Source: Craspedostauros australis (lineage: Eukaryota). From it: a stretch of 64,000 nucleotides of DNA. The notes below the pieces were generated by a model. That model saw only the letters and a list, made by a program, of their open reading frames with translations. It did no database searches and was not told the DNA's origin. The stretch is taken from NCBI GenBank assembly GCA_030167865.1, contig JALAGF010006287.1, positions 62,001-126,000 on the forward strand, read 5' to 3'. This document shows positions 45,731-59,500 of the stretch, piece after piece. The first letter of the stretch is position 1. Every line of letters starts with the position of its first letter. A program made the position numbers and the translations under genes.

Positions 45731-45783
45731 TGTGTGCTTGAATGTGTGCTTGAATGTGTGCGTGAATGTGTGCGTGAATGTGT
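45731..45783. repeat. 12-bp tandem repeat (TGAATGTGTGC[G/T]) x about 4
   Basis: Directly visible, starting about 55 bp upstream of the ATG at 45676. Confidence 0.9.
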
Positions 45784-46719
45784 CTTCCCTTCAGCGTCCG
45801 CCTCTGTGTTTGCTTCGCTCCCGTGCTTCGAAGTGTGCCGGGTTTGCGGTGGGTGCGAAGCTCGCACCCCTCGTTTCCTCACGGGTGCGACGTCTCGGAA
45901 CACCATGAAGCAGTGAGGTGTTTGGTCGCAAAACGAGAACGCTTCATGAGATGATGGGCGGAATTCTGTGGAGTTACGGTGAAATATACATTGAATGACT
46001 ATATCGCATAGTTTGTCTTTTTCTTCTACTTCTTTGTCCAATAGAATTCGCCGTTCACTTCGCCTCATGTTCTCCTTTCCCGTTGCCCCTCCACGATTGT
46101 GGATTGCAAGAGGAACACCAAGCACAGGTGGATCAGATGTCAGGGGTCAACAAGAGGATGAGTACCTACTCCACCCTTTGTGTAAGAGTGCACTCACCCA
46201 TCAGCACTACGTCTTCGCCGCCAAAGAGGAGCAGCAGGATGCAACGAACGGCGGTGGTCGACCACGCATTTCCTGCGTGTTCTTCTTCAACCCACCGAAC
46301 TACGGCAAGGAGTACGAGATCACTCGCATGGGGAAGTTCTGGGGTGCGATCGAAAATATCCTGACTTGAGCGTCGTTCGTAGGTCTTCGGGCTATCTCAG
46401 AGCTGCCGATGGCAGAGCAATATGGGTCTTCTGCAGCAAAGAAGAAGAGGGTGGACGATGACAGCGCTCTCATGAACGGTATTCGCGTGGTCTTGGTGCC
46501 TCCATTCAGCTTGGGGGCGGGAATGGCCACGCAGCTCAGAGAGGACATGCCGATACATGGTGGTGATCGTCCAAAGTAGGTGTGTAGAAAAGGCATCGCG
46601 AGGTGTTCATCTTGACATATGTACCATACTTGCAGCAATTTATTGTGGAGTAAAGCAAACCACTCTACATTACTCATACCACATGCTGCATATGATGCGT
46701 ACCAGTAGCATGCCGCACA

Positions 46720-47307
46720 CTACAGAGCATCCAGCACGAATGCTGTCTCACCAGTGAATACCCGCGACACGCACTCTTTCTCGGTTCCTGCCCGCGCCCG
46801 TTCGCGCACACCGGCATCGCGGCAGCCTGACATCGCACGGCGCTTCTGAGATGCGCTGCTTTCGTCCCCCTCCTTCAAATTTGTGTTGCCTGCCCCTCGG
46901 GCTGCCGCAAAGATCTCGTCTCTGTTCATGGATTGCGCCTTGTCCGCTCGCTGTCTCCAGGCCGTTTGCCAGTCCACGTCTTCCACCTCCACGTAGTCAC
47001 CGGTCTCGTCATCCAGGACATAGCGAGCCTGGGCCGGCTCCGGCATGAGGGACGCGGTGGTGACGGCAGCGCCAAAGATGAGCCTCATGCCTCCCGCCAA
47101 TGCATCACGGCGTGTATCCAAACCGGAGCTCGCGCCATCGTCAGCATGGCTGTCGTTGGTTCCTGAAAGTCCAGTCACAGGTCTGTTGGCTGATGCCGCA
47201 TGCAACGACCGACCGGATCCGCCGGCAGCCGTCCACGCATCGCATGTCTGCGCGATGCTGGTGCAGAGAAAGCCGATGATCAGGCTCTTTCCCAGGTATG
47301 CCTTCAT
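46720..47307 (-). CDS. Unknown protein with tripartite plastid/thylakoid-lumen presequence
   Basis: MKAYLGKSLIIGFLCTSIAQTCDA-W signal, then TRRDAL, a hydrophobic stretch and an AQA cleavage site. The mature part starts RYVLDDETGDY and has two Cys. Confidence 0.8.
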   Translation of the reverse strand: MKAYLGKSLIIGFLCTSIAQTCDAWTAAGGSGRSLHAASANRPVTGLSGTNDSHADDGASSGLDTRRDALAGGMRLIFGAAVTTASLMPEPAQARYVLDDETGDYVEVEDVDWQTAWRQRADKAQSMNRDEIFAAARGAGNTNLKEGDESSASQKRRAMSGCRDAGVRERARAGTEKECVSRVFTGETAFVLDAL

Positions 47308-48209
47308 GTCTGATGGGCTGTTGTGATTGCGGAAAACGGGCAGGTACGAGCTATAACCGTGGCTTTGTCGTACTCGTGCAGTGCGAAGATGTAGCGTGTA
47401 TCCGCGCTCCTCAACTCTCTTGTGAAGTAGAGTACTGTGTTTCGTTGTTGCCTCGTTTCCTTTTGTGCCGCCTCTCGCAGTTGTGGCGGATCTTGCGGAG
47501 TTTGGGGAGGACCGAGTGTGACTTCTCCCACTGACGTCGCTTGTGTGGTGTTGTGCGTTGTTGGGATTGTGCGTTGGCATGCGTCGGATCTTTCCTCTTT
47601 CGCCATCACCAACCTTGTTGCGTCAGGGAGGCGATACCAACATGATGGTTTTCGAAATCGTTTCAGCCACAACCTGTGGTCGATCCAGTCGAAGTGCGCT
47701 GGCTTGACTACACGGACCGAATCAACTTCAGGGCATGCACGTCTCTTCAGATCCGCCGCCAACACGACGGAGTCGAACACAGAGAACGCGGCAAAAACAA
47801 GAACGACAGACAGATCCAGAAACCGCAACACAAGCAAACGCCAAAGAACGTGGCTGGGGCACAAGCCAGACAAAGACACCATTGCCCACAGGCGAGGAAT
47901 GAGAATCCTCACTGAGCTTCCTTGTCACCATCGAACCGTTGCTGCGTGAGCACTCCTCCTTCTGCTGTGTCTGCCACAACAGCACCGACGCAAGTGTCAG
48001 CATTCTCCTTGAATTCTGAAGGTTCAAGAACAATTACGAGTAGAGTCCCGACGCTAAATCCACTAAAACGAGATCAGAACAGACGGACAAGAAACGAAGA
48101 CGCAAAGAGCAGCACCTCCATGCATGATACTCGCAGAGACGCCAGAAATAGAAGCGTCATGCCACAGCACGTTGAAGATCCCACCAGCCCAGGTTCCTTC
48201 TCCCTCACA

Positions 48210-50349
48210 ATGATAGTGCGTCTCATCTTTCTTGTGGCTTCGTTTGTCGAAGTCTTCGGTGGGAATGCGTCAGCGCTGGCGCCACTCGCGCTTTCGTTAA
48301 TACCTTTCGCCAGTGCGCTGGGCATCACGAAGCCAGGGAAAGGCTCTGCGTGGAACACAAAGCTCACTCGCACATCGGCAGCCAGCAGTGTCGATGCACC
48401 AAACCATCCCCATTCCTTCCCAAGTTCGCACGTGCATCCGCATCCGCACTTCCAGCCTGGCACAGTTCAAGACCCCCCTCAAGAAGGCAAACAGACCAGC
48501 CGTCGTCAATGGCTATCGCTGTGTTCAAAAGTGGCGACGGTTGCATCGCTCGGTGTTACTTCGAAGCCTGTTGCATCGAATGCCGAAGTTGGCGATGAGG
48601 GCAAACTAGCGCCGCGTCTGTCAGGGGAGTGGTACGACAACATTCCCGTCACAGGCACAGCGGAAGGCCTGAGCCGATCATTCTTCCCGTCCCTGACCCC
48701 TCCATTCCAGAACCGAGCCACTTTTCGATACGAGGTACGCCGCGATGATTGTCGTACTGCGGCGCAATGTTCCACAGCTGAACCTATGTACTATACTCTA
48801 TGCAAGTTCTTGGCTTGGGCGCCGGCTTCAAGTCTTGGCGAATTGTACTGACGACGGTGTACCGACGTGCATCTGCGCCTGTCTCTGTCTGTGTCGGCAG
48901 ATTCTGGGTCACACTATTTGTTGACTTTGACCAACGACCGAAAGAACGAATGGAACAAAGACATGAATGAGGGAATCAACGAAAGAATGGATCACCCTTG
49001 TTCTTTGCCCACAGACTGCGAGGATGAGACAAGAGAATCAACCCAAGGCCACACATCATGCCCCCAGGCAATGCCGACGCCGCCACCTTGCCAGCAACTG
49101 TCGCCTCGTTCCTCAATTCTCCCCCCTCATCTTGTTCTTCTGATTCTTGCTGGCTCTCCCTGGAACAAGTATTGCTCTCCTCTTAATCCACTCTACTTTG
49201 TCGTTATCCACGGATCAGCTTGGTCGGAACGCTTGGGCATTCGAGCAACTCCTGACATTCGCCAACGTAACAGCAACCATTCGAACGAATGTGATTCGGC
49301 TGGAGTCCACCGGAGGTCTTTGGGTTCATTCGCCGCTGTATCCCACTTCTGAATTCTGCAGCCTCTTGGAAGAAATCGGGAACGTCGAACACATCGTGCT
49401 GCCATGCAACGCCTTCGAGCACAAGGCACCGCTTGCTGCATTCTGCAGACGCTACCCGCGAGCATCTGTCTGGATTGCTCCTGGGCAGTACCAGCCACTT
49501 GGCCAGTGTGGAACGACGCTCTCCGCAGCAAATGGCAACCAACGATGTCGAATGGGAGCGAGAATTGACGGGATCTTTCCAACCCGTGATCGTGACGCAC
49601 ATCAGCCTCAATCAAAACCGCTGTCATCGCCACAGCAAACGGTCGATCCTCTGATTCCTCGCCCACCGTGGGCGGACGAATTCGAATACACCACCCTGTA
49701 CGTCAACTTGCCAGAGAATGCGGGTCCTGTGTCTGAGGTGGCATTTCTCCACAAACCGACCAAAACTTTAATCGCGACTGATGCTGTGGCATACATTCCC
49801 AAGACTCTGACCAAACAAGCTCCCATCTTTCGAACCTACTTCAAAGAGGAAGAGGTGCAAGAGCCGACGTTCTGGGCAAGGACGGTCCTGCAGAGTGTCT
49901 TCCTGCCATTGAGGGCAGCCGATGAAGGCGCACAGCAAACTATTCGAGGAGGAGCAACCTCCAACAACGAGAACGGCGAGGTGTCGCAGTATCCAGGTTT
50001 TGATGCCATTCAAGAGAGGTTGCTGCGAGCACCGATCTTGCGCGGGTTCAACGACGCAAGGGCACCAGAGGAAGCCAGGGCCTTTGTTGACGAAATTTCG
50101 AGATGGGACTTTGACCGTATCATCACAAGCCACTTTGCATCGCCGATCATGGCGCAGCCGAATGATGTCCGAAAGGCCTTCGCATATCTGTACAGCAACA
50201 GCCCATCTACTGACAGTGTGGACACGTCGTTCTTGCCGCCGATCACATGTCGTGACTGGGAACTGCTGGACAATCTCAACGCGATCATTGCGGATTACAA
50301 GATTGGGGCTCCGGCGACATTCGACTATCGAAGTGGGTGCATCCAATAA
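48210..50349 (+). CDS. DUF4336-family protein (metallo-beta-lactamase-like fold), plastid-targeted (2 exons)
   Basis: Motifs WAFEQ, GGLWVHSP, HIVLP..AFEHK, VWIAPGQY, PPWADEF, EVAFLHKPTKTLIATDA, WDFDRIITSHF. Exons 48210-48734 (donor GTACGC) and 49219-50349 (acceptor CAG), phase 0. Confidence 0.88.
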
Positions 50350-51299
50350 CTTGCAAGTCATCCGTTGCAAGTGAGTCATCCATCGCTGGGCGTCATGCCA
50401 TGGACCACCCAATCTTTGCATCCCACCGACAACCCCCCGCCAACCCCCCGCACATACCGCGGACAGCGGGTGGAGCAAGAGCAAAGCACATCGAGCGTCA
50501 TCGACCAAGTCACGCTTCAAGGAACCTGAAGCCTGAAGTCTGCCGCAAGCGCTCACGTATCTCTCGAGAGAAGCACGGAGGCTGGCCTGGTCACTCTTGA
50601 CACCTGACATGTGCGCGTATTGGAACACACCGGAAGGAGTCGACCCAGTGATAATCCAATCTTGCGAGATTTGTAAGTACGTTCCTCTACTTGGTTGTGC
50701 CACCAATCATCCGTTGAGACCTGTGTCTGATGGTCTTGGTATCTCGCCCGCTCTGTTCTCACTCATCTTGGCCTGATCGTGGAAGCTGCATTCATATCGC
50801 AGAACATGTGGAGGGGCATTCAAAGCCGACCGTGGCGTGAGACACTGACCTACATACGACTACTCTGCTCTGCCCCGCTTCTCACCAGATCACATCGCAC
50901 CAAAGCCCTTCTCGCTGTCGCTATTGGTCTTTTCCATCTACCCACAGAGCTCTTGCTGCCATGGGTCGCTTCACCTCCACGTTGTCTGTTATTTGTTTCC
51001 GGGTCAAGTGGGACTCCAGCCTGACGGAGTGCACGATGGCATGGCCTTGCGCATGTGCGAATGCGCGAATGCCTGAATCGACGAAGACAGACATACATTT
51101 GTTGGAAGTATTGGTAGCATAAAACCCAACGGCATGGTCGCAAGCAAAACCCCCAACACGGTGTCTGAAACAACAATTATGGGTGAAGACGCGGCCACAA
51201 TGCTGACATGGTTTGTGTCGGAGGCAAGACCAAGACCTGAGATTGGCCCACGGAGCCGGTCCATGGAGGATTTCCGCCTGCCTGCAGCTGGTCACAGAT

Positions 51300-51484
51300 N
51301 NNNNNNNNNNNNNNNNNNNNNNNNNNNNNNNNNNNNNNNNNNNNNNNNNNNNNNNNNNNNNNNNNNNNNNNNNNNNNNNNNNNNNNNNNNNNNNNNNNNN
51401 NNNNNNNNNNNNNNNNNNNNNNNNNNNNNNNNNNNNNNNNNNNNNNNNNNNNNNNNNNNNNNNNNNNNNNNNNNNNNNNNNNNN
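51300..51484. other. Assembly gap (185 N)
   Basis: Run of N. Confidence 1.
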
Positions 51485-54400
51485 CAAGACCAAAGGATGA
51501 TGCATCATATTCTAGTATACAATATAAACAGTGTGAGCTAACAGGAATAGTCTACTCTACCGAGCTTCCACCGGAACAAAATACGCTTTTGCGTGTGCAG
51601 CGCAGATGTTTCAGTGAACTTCACGTGGAGTATGCAGGGCGTCGTGACGCTGATGATGTGCCTCTTCTGTGTTCTCTGGACACTGCGAGGAAGCTCCGTG
51701 TCCGAACACACATGCGGTGCGAGTAGCTCGTATGACGGCCAGGTTGACAAAAGCCATCGTGTTCGCAGTGCTTTCCTTCCCTCCTTTATTTGGAATTTGT
51801 CCCTTGGGATGGATGCACATGATGAATTTGGAATGCCCGCTCCTCGTGCATCCTGGCCAGGTTGAAGCCAACACCGTGCCCATCAAGAGGCGTCACAAGA
51901 GCGGCACCAGGCTGAAGCGACATCAAGCGGCTCCCCCTCCTTTGTGGTCTTTGCGGCGGTGATTGCCAGTAATACTCGTTTCTAACCACCCCCGACAGAG
52001 TCGTGCGAGATAGAGCGCAGCTCGCAGGTGCTAAATGGTGTTGTTGATGTTGGATTGGCGGCCGTGGTGTGTAGTCCCATGCGGAGCAGTGGGCCGCGCG
52101 CTGGCTGTTCGTGGTATCAATCGTGCAACATGTTGCATGGTTCTCACGGGCGGGGTGTTCACTCGAGGACTCGCATCGCGACTGGGCATGAGACGATTGG
52201 GCTCCACTCGTCTGTCCTTCTGCGTCATTCATGGTGCCGCTCATTTTCGTTCGAGGTGCCATGGGAGTTCGCTCCCGACATTTTCGCCATTGAAGTGATG
52301 TTCCCCAAACACAGTTGGCATTTCTCACAGGCGACTCTCCCGGAAGACGGCTTCACAAAGGAAGGAGAGACAGCAGGGAGCACTTGTATTAGTACCAGCT
52401 CTCGAGGCGCACATTCCTTCATTAATCAGTTGCGCTTGGTGGCGGTATGGAAGAGGGAAGGGTGTTTGCCTCTTGTTGTTGGGTCCTGTTTGCTCGATTT
52501 CTCCTTTGGTTGCATTCCGTCTTCGTCCCTTTGTGTTCTTTTTGTCGTTGCCTGGCTGTCTCGCCTTCCTCAACCAACAAAGACATTGGTTGGACATCTC
52601 TATCACGAACGACATTTTCACTTTCTTGATGAAAACACGTTGGGGATGGCGACTACATTCGAGAGACAGCGCAGCGGTCTTCCGCAATGAACCGGTCAAG
52701 CGCTATGATCCTCTCTTTGTCCTTCGGCAACGCACGGGATGTGATGAGCCACACAATTGCCATTGGATGGTCTTGATGGACAATGGTGACTTGCAATGTG
52801 GTTTGCGCGCTTCCTTTGCGTTGCTCACTCTTGGAATCCACCCACCCATGATGGTGTTGGACACACCTTGGACGTTGGAAACGCGTCCAGAACCGTGGGA
52901 TCGCATGGCCCAAAGTAAGATGGGTAGACAGAGAACGCACCATGAGGTACTGCAGCCACGCCAATCATCGCTCTGGCATGAACAAAGCCCAAAGAATTGG
53001 AAAGGCATGTCAGCGATCGCGGCGAACGAGGACGGAATGTTGGAATAGCCAAAGCAACGCCGCATTCTCGTTAGATCGACACGATCCATTGCGATGCGCC
53101 CAGAGTGAGGACAGTGGGAAATCGAAACAATGTTGAACAGTGTACATGACGCTCAACGGGAAGGAATGCCAGGGCACGGTACTGCTCGGCGCAAATGGTG
53201 AGAAACTGCCTATTCATGAGAGGAACCGTCGTCGATTGGAGGCTGGTCATGGATGCAGCGATATCAGGGCTGCCCACCACTCCAAGATACTCGTGGTCAA
53301 CTATTATTGAGTATTAGCTTGTCGTGGTCGTACTCCGCACATGCTTGTCATGCTGGCGAACGTCGCTTCTCTGATTAGGACCTTGGTGCTCACCAACATG
53401 TGAGTTGCTGGAGACGTGCGGTGCTGGGATTGCCACAACATGGGCGAGGAATCATGTTCTTTGGTTCTTTGCATGCGAAAAGATTGAAGGCATCGAACAC
53501 TATTTAACATGGTTTTGATGAAGTTACCTCTGGGGCATCACAAACAGCTCAGGAGTCTGCTGAACGAAAATGAAGATGTTCCTGATTCCTTGTGGAGTCC
53601 GATCTAGTCCATGGCATGCAATACTCTCAACCACGGGTACTCTCTCTACGCACAGAGAGTAGAGCAGCACATGTGCGGCGGCAGTAATAGTCGTAGTCGT
53701 TCGTGATGGTCATCAATCTCCGCTCAACATCATTTCGGCATTTGGAAACATATTGCTCTGTTGGGGTGTCTTGACCTGCCTTGTTGCTGGTGATCAGGAC
53801 TCTTCTCAACTCTTTGCTCCCGAATGAAGAACGTGGCCGCAAGCCGCGAGAGCGACCACGTGGACTCGCATGTCTGCAGTGGCTTGCGAGCTACGACTAC
53901 CTAGCTCGTGTCTCGAATCGCAAAGCAAGAGGCAGTCATTTTACGACCGAGGCTCATCAAAACCTGTGTCCACCACAAGCGTACAACACCATCCTGGTGC
54001 CGTGCACATGCTCTGTACTGCTGGTGGAGGCAGAGGCAGATAGAGCGAGAGAGATTCTTCGTTGTGTTGCTGAAGGATGCACCGCGAGATTTGTCCGGTC
54101 AGACTAGCACGGCGGTTCGCACCTTCTCCACATACTCGCATGTACGATCAGTACTGTTGTGATACATCGCGACGTTCATCAAACGTCGGTCAGGGTGGAA
54201 TTGGTTGTCGCCTTGCTCCGCGTCCTGGCTCGCGCAAACATAATAGGTAAGTGCATCTGTTGATTACGGTCACAGGTGTATCCGCAGCAAGACCTGTGAT
54301 TGGATTGTGCCTTGCAATGCCTGGGCGCGAGGTAGCACAGAATCCCCGCAGGGGAGATGTGGCGGCGACGGCGACAGGCCAGCGCGGAAGGGACAGGACG

Positions 54401-55100
54401 GGAGATTTGCGCCGCTGTCACCAGTTGTATCTTTGCGTACGTTGCTTGGGTCGGTTTTGGTGGCCCAATTGTCGCTGTCTGGAATGTCACAAGACACAAA
54501 CAAGGGAAAGGGAACCGTGCTGCGCAAACTCCCACGGAGCTTCGTGTTGGTACAAGAATGCCGCTTGCCCCAGTCCTGGGATTGACGTGCGGAGACGAGT
54601 CATCGTACAGAGCTGCGTGGAGTACAATAATTGTTCCTCCCTCGCCATCGGGTTCAGGTACTTTGGAGGGGACTGTGGAGTGCAATTACGAAGATCACAG
54701 AAACCATCCACGGCGATGACAACACCAACAGTGCCAAACTGCCAAACAGCCAAAGTTGACGACTAGAAAGGTCGGAGTTGCGAACAGTTCAACCTCGTCA
54801 TAAAATTACGATTCAGCCAAAGCACCACTTAGATCAAACAACGTAAGAGCGAAGGCAACATCATCCAACGCAGCGCATTCCTGTACCAGCCCCTCAATCA
54901 ACTCACCACAGCACGTCACCACCACCACAGCACCCACAACAGCAACAACAACACCAGCACCACCACAGTGCCCACAACACAAACACATCGACACATCGAC
55001 GCGTGACACAAACCATAACACCAGCATTTACGTCTCGATCCTACTTCCTCTCAACCAACGCACACCCAACACGCCGCAGTCCTCGTGCCGTCTGTGCTAA

Positions 55101-56522
55101 ATGATGATGGAAACCATGGACCCGCCGCCACTACAGTGCGTCACACCAAACTCAAGTCCTGCCTCTGGCTCCCACAAGATAGTAGACAAAGATGCAACAG
55201 ACAACAACAACACCGATGCCAACACCAACGACACCAGCAACAGCAACATCGTCAGCAGCAAATGCGATACGGGCGATGGCACCAAGTCCAAGAGGACCGC
55301 ATTTCCCATGATCTTGCATCAGATGCTCGACGATGCCAATGCGCAAGACTTCGCCTCAATCGTTTCGTGGTACCCACTGAGGGGGTCGACGTTCTTTCGC
55401 GTGCACAATCAGAAGGTGTTCGTGAACGACATCTTGCCACGGTACTTCTCGCACAACAAGTACAAGAGCTTCCAACGACAGCTCAATCTGTGGGGATTCG
55501 AACGAGTCACGCAGGGCAAGAGCAAGGGGGCGTACGGTCATCGCTTCTTCGTCCAGGGTGAGCCAGACCTATGCAAGAAGATGTCCCGAAGGAAGTTTGG
55601 ATCTTCTTCGCCCAATGCCAACCCGACGACGCCGTCTTGCAGCTCCGCCTCAATCTGCGTCAACCCAACCTCTGCATCCAGAACTGAGCTGGATGATTCG
55701 ATGACCTCCAACGACTCTCGAAGATCGTCGGTCATGGACTACGCTCTTCCGACGATGTCCAACAGACGCGGAGAGCTGGAGAAAATGTCGCTCAGTGAGG
55801 ATCTGCCATCATTCGTGGACAAACGGAGGATGTCGCCCAACGCATCCACCGAGGTTCTCGGACGCCTTTCGCGGTCCTCCGGGGCGACGAATCAGACTCA
55901 CGCTGACCCTGCCAACGCGACCCTCCAGTCGCAGTGGGATCAACTCTCTCTTCAACAGCCACCCACAGGAGGTTTGTCATTCGCCGGCGGCTATCCTCAA
56001 CAGCAGGCAGAACCGTGCATGTCCGCACCAAGCGTGGCATTGCGACCAGCGACAGCATCTCCCCAAATGCAGCCCCAAGGACAAGCACAACAGCATCCCA
56101 TGATGAGTGGAGTTGGTGCAAGGAATGGTCAACGCCTCGTTGACTATGGTTGGGTAAGATCGTCAGCATCGCCATCGCCATCGCCATCAATGTCGATGGC
56201 GATGGCAACTGCAACGCACGCATCTACACCATCCATGCCATTCAGAAGCGTTGCACAGCATCCACCGCAATCGAAGCTAAGGCCTCAATTTACACACATA
56301 AACACTGCCATTGCCAAGGCTCACGAAAAAGGCGGCGAACTGGTGCCCTTCGAAGGGAAGCAGTTCTACTTCGTGGATGGTGCGCTGGCAAGCAGCTCCG
56401 AGCATAGCACTGGGTCTTTCCTTGGCGCTGTCGCCGCCTTGGATTCAAATCTGTTGCCATCGCACTTTCCAGCAGCAAAGAACGGCGATCAGCAATCAAG
56501 TCATAGCAATATGCCGCTCTAA
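55101..56522 (+). CDS. Heat-shock transcription factor (HSF-type DNA-binding domain)
   Basis: Motifs FPMILHQML, IVSW, F.VH....F...ILPRYF.HNKYKSFQRQLNLWGFERV, Y.H..F..G.PDLC..M.R. Late FEGKQFYFV motif. Confidence 0.95.
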   Translation: MMMETMDPPPLQCVTPNSSPASGSHKIVDKDATDNNNTDANTNDTSNSNIVSSKCDTGDGTKSKRTAFPMILHQMLDDANAQDFASIVSWYPLRGSTFFRVHNQKVFVNDILPRYFSHNKYKSFQRQLNLWGFERVTQGKSKGAYGHRFFVQGEPDLCKKMSRRKFGSSSPNANPTTPSCSSASICVNPTSASRTELDDSMTSNDSRRSSVMDYALPTMSNRRGELEKMSLSEDLPSFVDKRRMSPNASTEVLGRLSRSSGATNQTHADPANATLQSQWDQLSLQQPPTGGLSFAGGYPQQQAEPCMSAPSVALRPATASPQMQPQGQAQQHPMMSGVGARNGQRLVDYGWVRSSASPSPSPSMSMAMATATHASTPSMPFRSVAQHPPQSKLRPQFTHINTAIAKAHEKGGELVPFEGKQFYFVDGALASSSEHSTGSFLGAVAALDSNLLPSHFPAAKNGDQQSSHSNMPL

Positions 56523-59500
56523 AGGGTCTACCCTCATCAAATGATGCTTGGAGTGCATGGTATAGTATACAACAATACTTGGCAATGCTCTTCAATGATA
56601 CGAAGCTCAACGAAGAAAGTCGTCGCAACGATCGTGACCATGGGGGCGAGGGGCAGGCATACATGGTTTGCTTGCTTGTACATCATAATTCGAGTCAGAG
56701 GCGTCGTGGTCACTGCAACACAGACAATGGCACTGGCCATCGCATCGGAGCTAGCAAGCTAGTCTACACTGTCTGTCATGTCTTCCACTGGCGGACGCAG
56801 AACACCATCCGGATCTCTCAGCTCGTCGTACCTTGTCAGTCAACTAGCCTGCGGACTTGACGACCATCGACTTACGAGTATGTATGGTGCAGAGCTTCTC
56901 CGCAGCATAGCTAACGGATCATCATCGGCGACCTTGCATCATGCTATCACTAATATACTATTCTAGTATTATATAATACATACAACATGAAAGTTTGAAC
57001 AAGCACTTGTGCGAGTCAATATCAGCAGAGATCACGGTGCAGTCACGTGCGTGGTGTTCGGTGGAATGCTGGTTCTTATCTGGCGCACAAACATACGATG
57101 GGGCACAGAGACTAGAATGGTGACCGGCCCTTCCGTCATCAACAACCATAGCAAGAGCGTCGCAACACCAACAGCAAGAGCAGCAGCAGTAGTAGTAGTA
57201 GCAGCAGCAGCAGCAGCAGCAGCAACGACCCCAAAGATCTGTTCATATGATATGTCTGGAGCTACTCTACAGAATCAGTTTTTCATGTCGTATCTGTGAA
57301 AACACAAAGACCGATGTTGCGATAGGCTCCGTCATCTTCTGGCTCCCCGTGCTTTGCACAATCATCCCTGCTCCGCCGAAAGGACCAGCTTTGCTATGGT
57401 CGTCTCCCGGTTGAGGTGCGCCAGGAGCGAGATGTAGTTGCAGACTCAATGTCTTATCAGGAGTTCCCAGACCAGGAGGAACTTGCCTTCGCCAGGTACG
57501 CACAGCACAGAACAAGCGTCAGAGGGATGACAAACATAGAGTGCGACTACTTGTACTACTGCGAGCGCCACACACACCAGCATCATGGCTGACATTTCGT
57601 CTTTCATGCATCACATTCCGCGCTGCGATTCCGCTTCAACACATTCAGACGCACTGCTTTTTGGCGCGTGAACACCAATACCTCAATCCTCGCTCTTCAA
57701 CCACGGACACTGTTTTTGCTGATCGGTTCGTACCGAACATAGATTGGATTCTCGTCCCTTCCTGTCGCCACCACTCAGTGCGTGACTCTTGGCTGTTTGT
57801 GAGTGCACCTCATCGTTCTGCCAACCGACAGGATGCGGTTAATCGTCAAACCCGGCGCGAATGCTGCGGAGTTCGTTGGCGGTCGTGCAACCTTTGCTGT
57901 GCCCGATACCCAGCCATTCTTCGGAACTGGGCACGCGAGTCCAAATGAACATGCCTTTTGACGCAGATCTGGACCAAGGGCATGTTCCCGTGCCCGCCCA
58001 CATCTTGTGCCTCGTACTGTATTGGTGGCGAGCGGTGCATTTCTTGTGAGCAGACGCAAACAGTCACCGAGAGATGGCGGCCCCACATGCCCGGATGTCC
58101 TCCCTCTCCGATCGGGAGCAGTAGATAGCCGCGAAGGCGGGCATTACTATGTATGTATGAATGAATGACCAACGACTAACCTTCCCATCGCTGTTTTCAA
58201 TTATTCCAGCATAGAATATTAGTCTATTCTCTACGGAGTTTTCTACTCAATTGCATATTATTCGTGAATGCACGAATATAACTGCGAGTATTGGTAGACA
58301 GAGTGGAAGTATGATAGGAGTATGCAGGAGCACCAACCGATCTCCGGCGGCCGAAGCATCTGTTGCTCCTTCATATTCTAAAATAGTATATTCACACGAA
58401 CAGAAGAGTAAACCGAACCAGCATCTCACACAGGATCACCGAGGAGCAAAAAGGAAACGCAAACAATGCAAGACAATGCAAACAATTGGATGGTGTGCGC
58501 TGCGAAAACACCAGCAGTGTCTGTGGGAATTGTTGTCATCGTTGTCATTGTCATCACCACCGTCATCGTCATTGTGATGTGCCCCCAGACAAGATTGAAC
58601 CTTCCGAGAGGTTATCTTTGATGTTGAAATTGGGACATTGTTGGTGTCATTCGTGATTCGGACAAGATAGCGACGACATTGTTGTGGGACTTCGTTGGTC
58701 GTCAAGTCGCGAACAATTCCGAACCTTCTGGGTTGAGCATCTTCGTCAGATCGCGTCAGATCGTGTCAGAGTCCCCTGGCTGCCACGCTGGTCATGGATT
58801 TGGGTAAAGTTCTCTGGCTTGGTGCTTCTTATCCTGCCGATGCCAAAGTCCATGTCCATGTCCATGTCCATGTTCGCAGGTTCATCTGTGTATCCTGACT
58901 CTTGCCCCAAGGACGCATGAGTATGACTGATAAATGTGAGCAAATATGCAACCAGTTGGAGTAGTGCGTCCCATTTCGGGTGCCTTGGCGGAGTTATTGA
59001 TCAGGTAGTGGACACGGACTCGGCAAGATCACCACAATCCTCAGTGACATTCGTGTGTTCTGCCTTTGATCCTTGAAGCGGACAGAAAGCTGTGATGACC
59101 AAAGCGTTCGACAAACAACAATTCAAAACGGACATGTACTGTGTCAAGAACAGCACTTGCAGACCCATCCTGTCCTTCTGCACCACCCTCATTCGAACTA
59201 GAACATCGGCCAAGACCAGATAGATGTTCGGAAGTGTCTCCCACACAATCCTACTTGTACGAAGCAAGAGAGAGAGAGAGAGAGACAAGCACTGTTCACA
59301 TCGAGGAATTGGAGACATGACAATGAAGAACATGACGACGATCCTGTGGTGAAGCGAGGAGAGCGTAGCGGGCAGCAAGTGTATTGGAGGACACGCCACT
59401 GTGGTTCCGATGAAATGAACAAGGAAGGAATAGATCGCAAGCATTGAGCTTGGGGACACTCATCACGACGCGTGGACGTCGTCGAAAACAGTTGGGGCGC

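Noticed and set aside
45731..45783. CRISPR-like array
   Set aside because: Simple tandem repeat with no spacers, in a eukaryotic context with no cas genes.
50400..54800. Many short ORFs around the gap
   Set aside because: No recognisable domains or consistent exon structure; possibly decayed sequence.
57178..57223. CAG/TAG trinucleotide run as a poly-Gln or poly-Ala exon
   Set aside because: No supporting gene; treated as a microsatellite.
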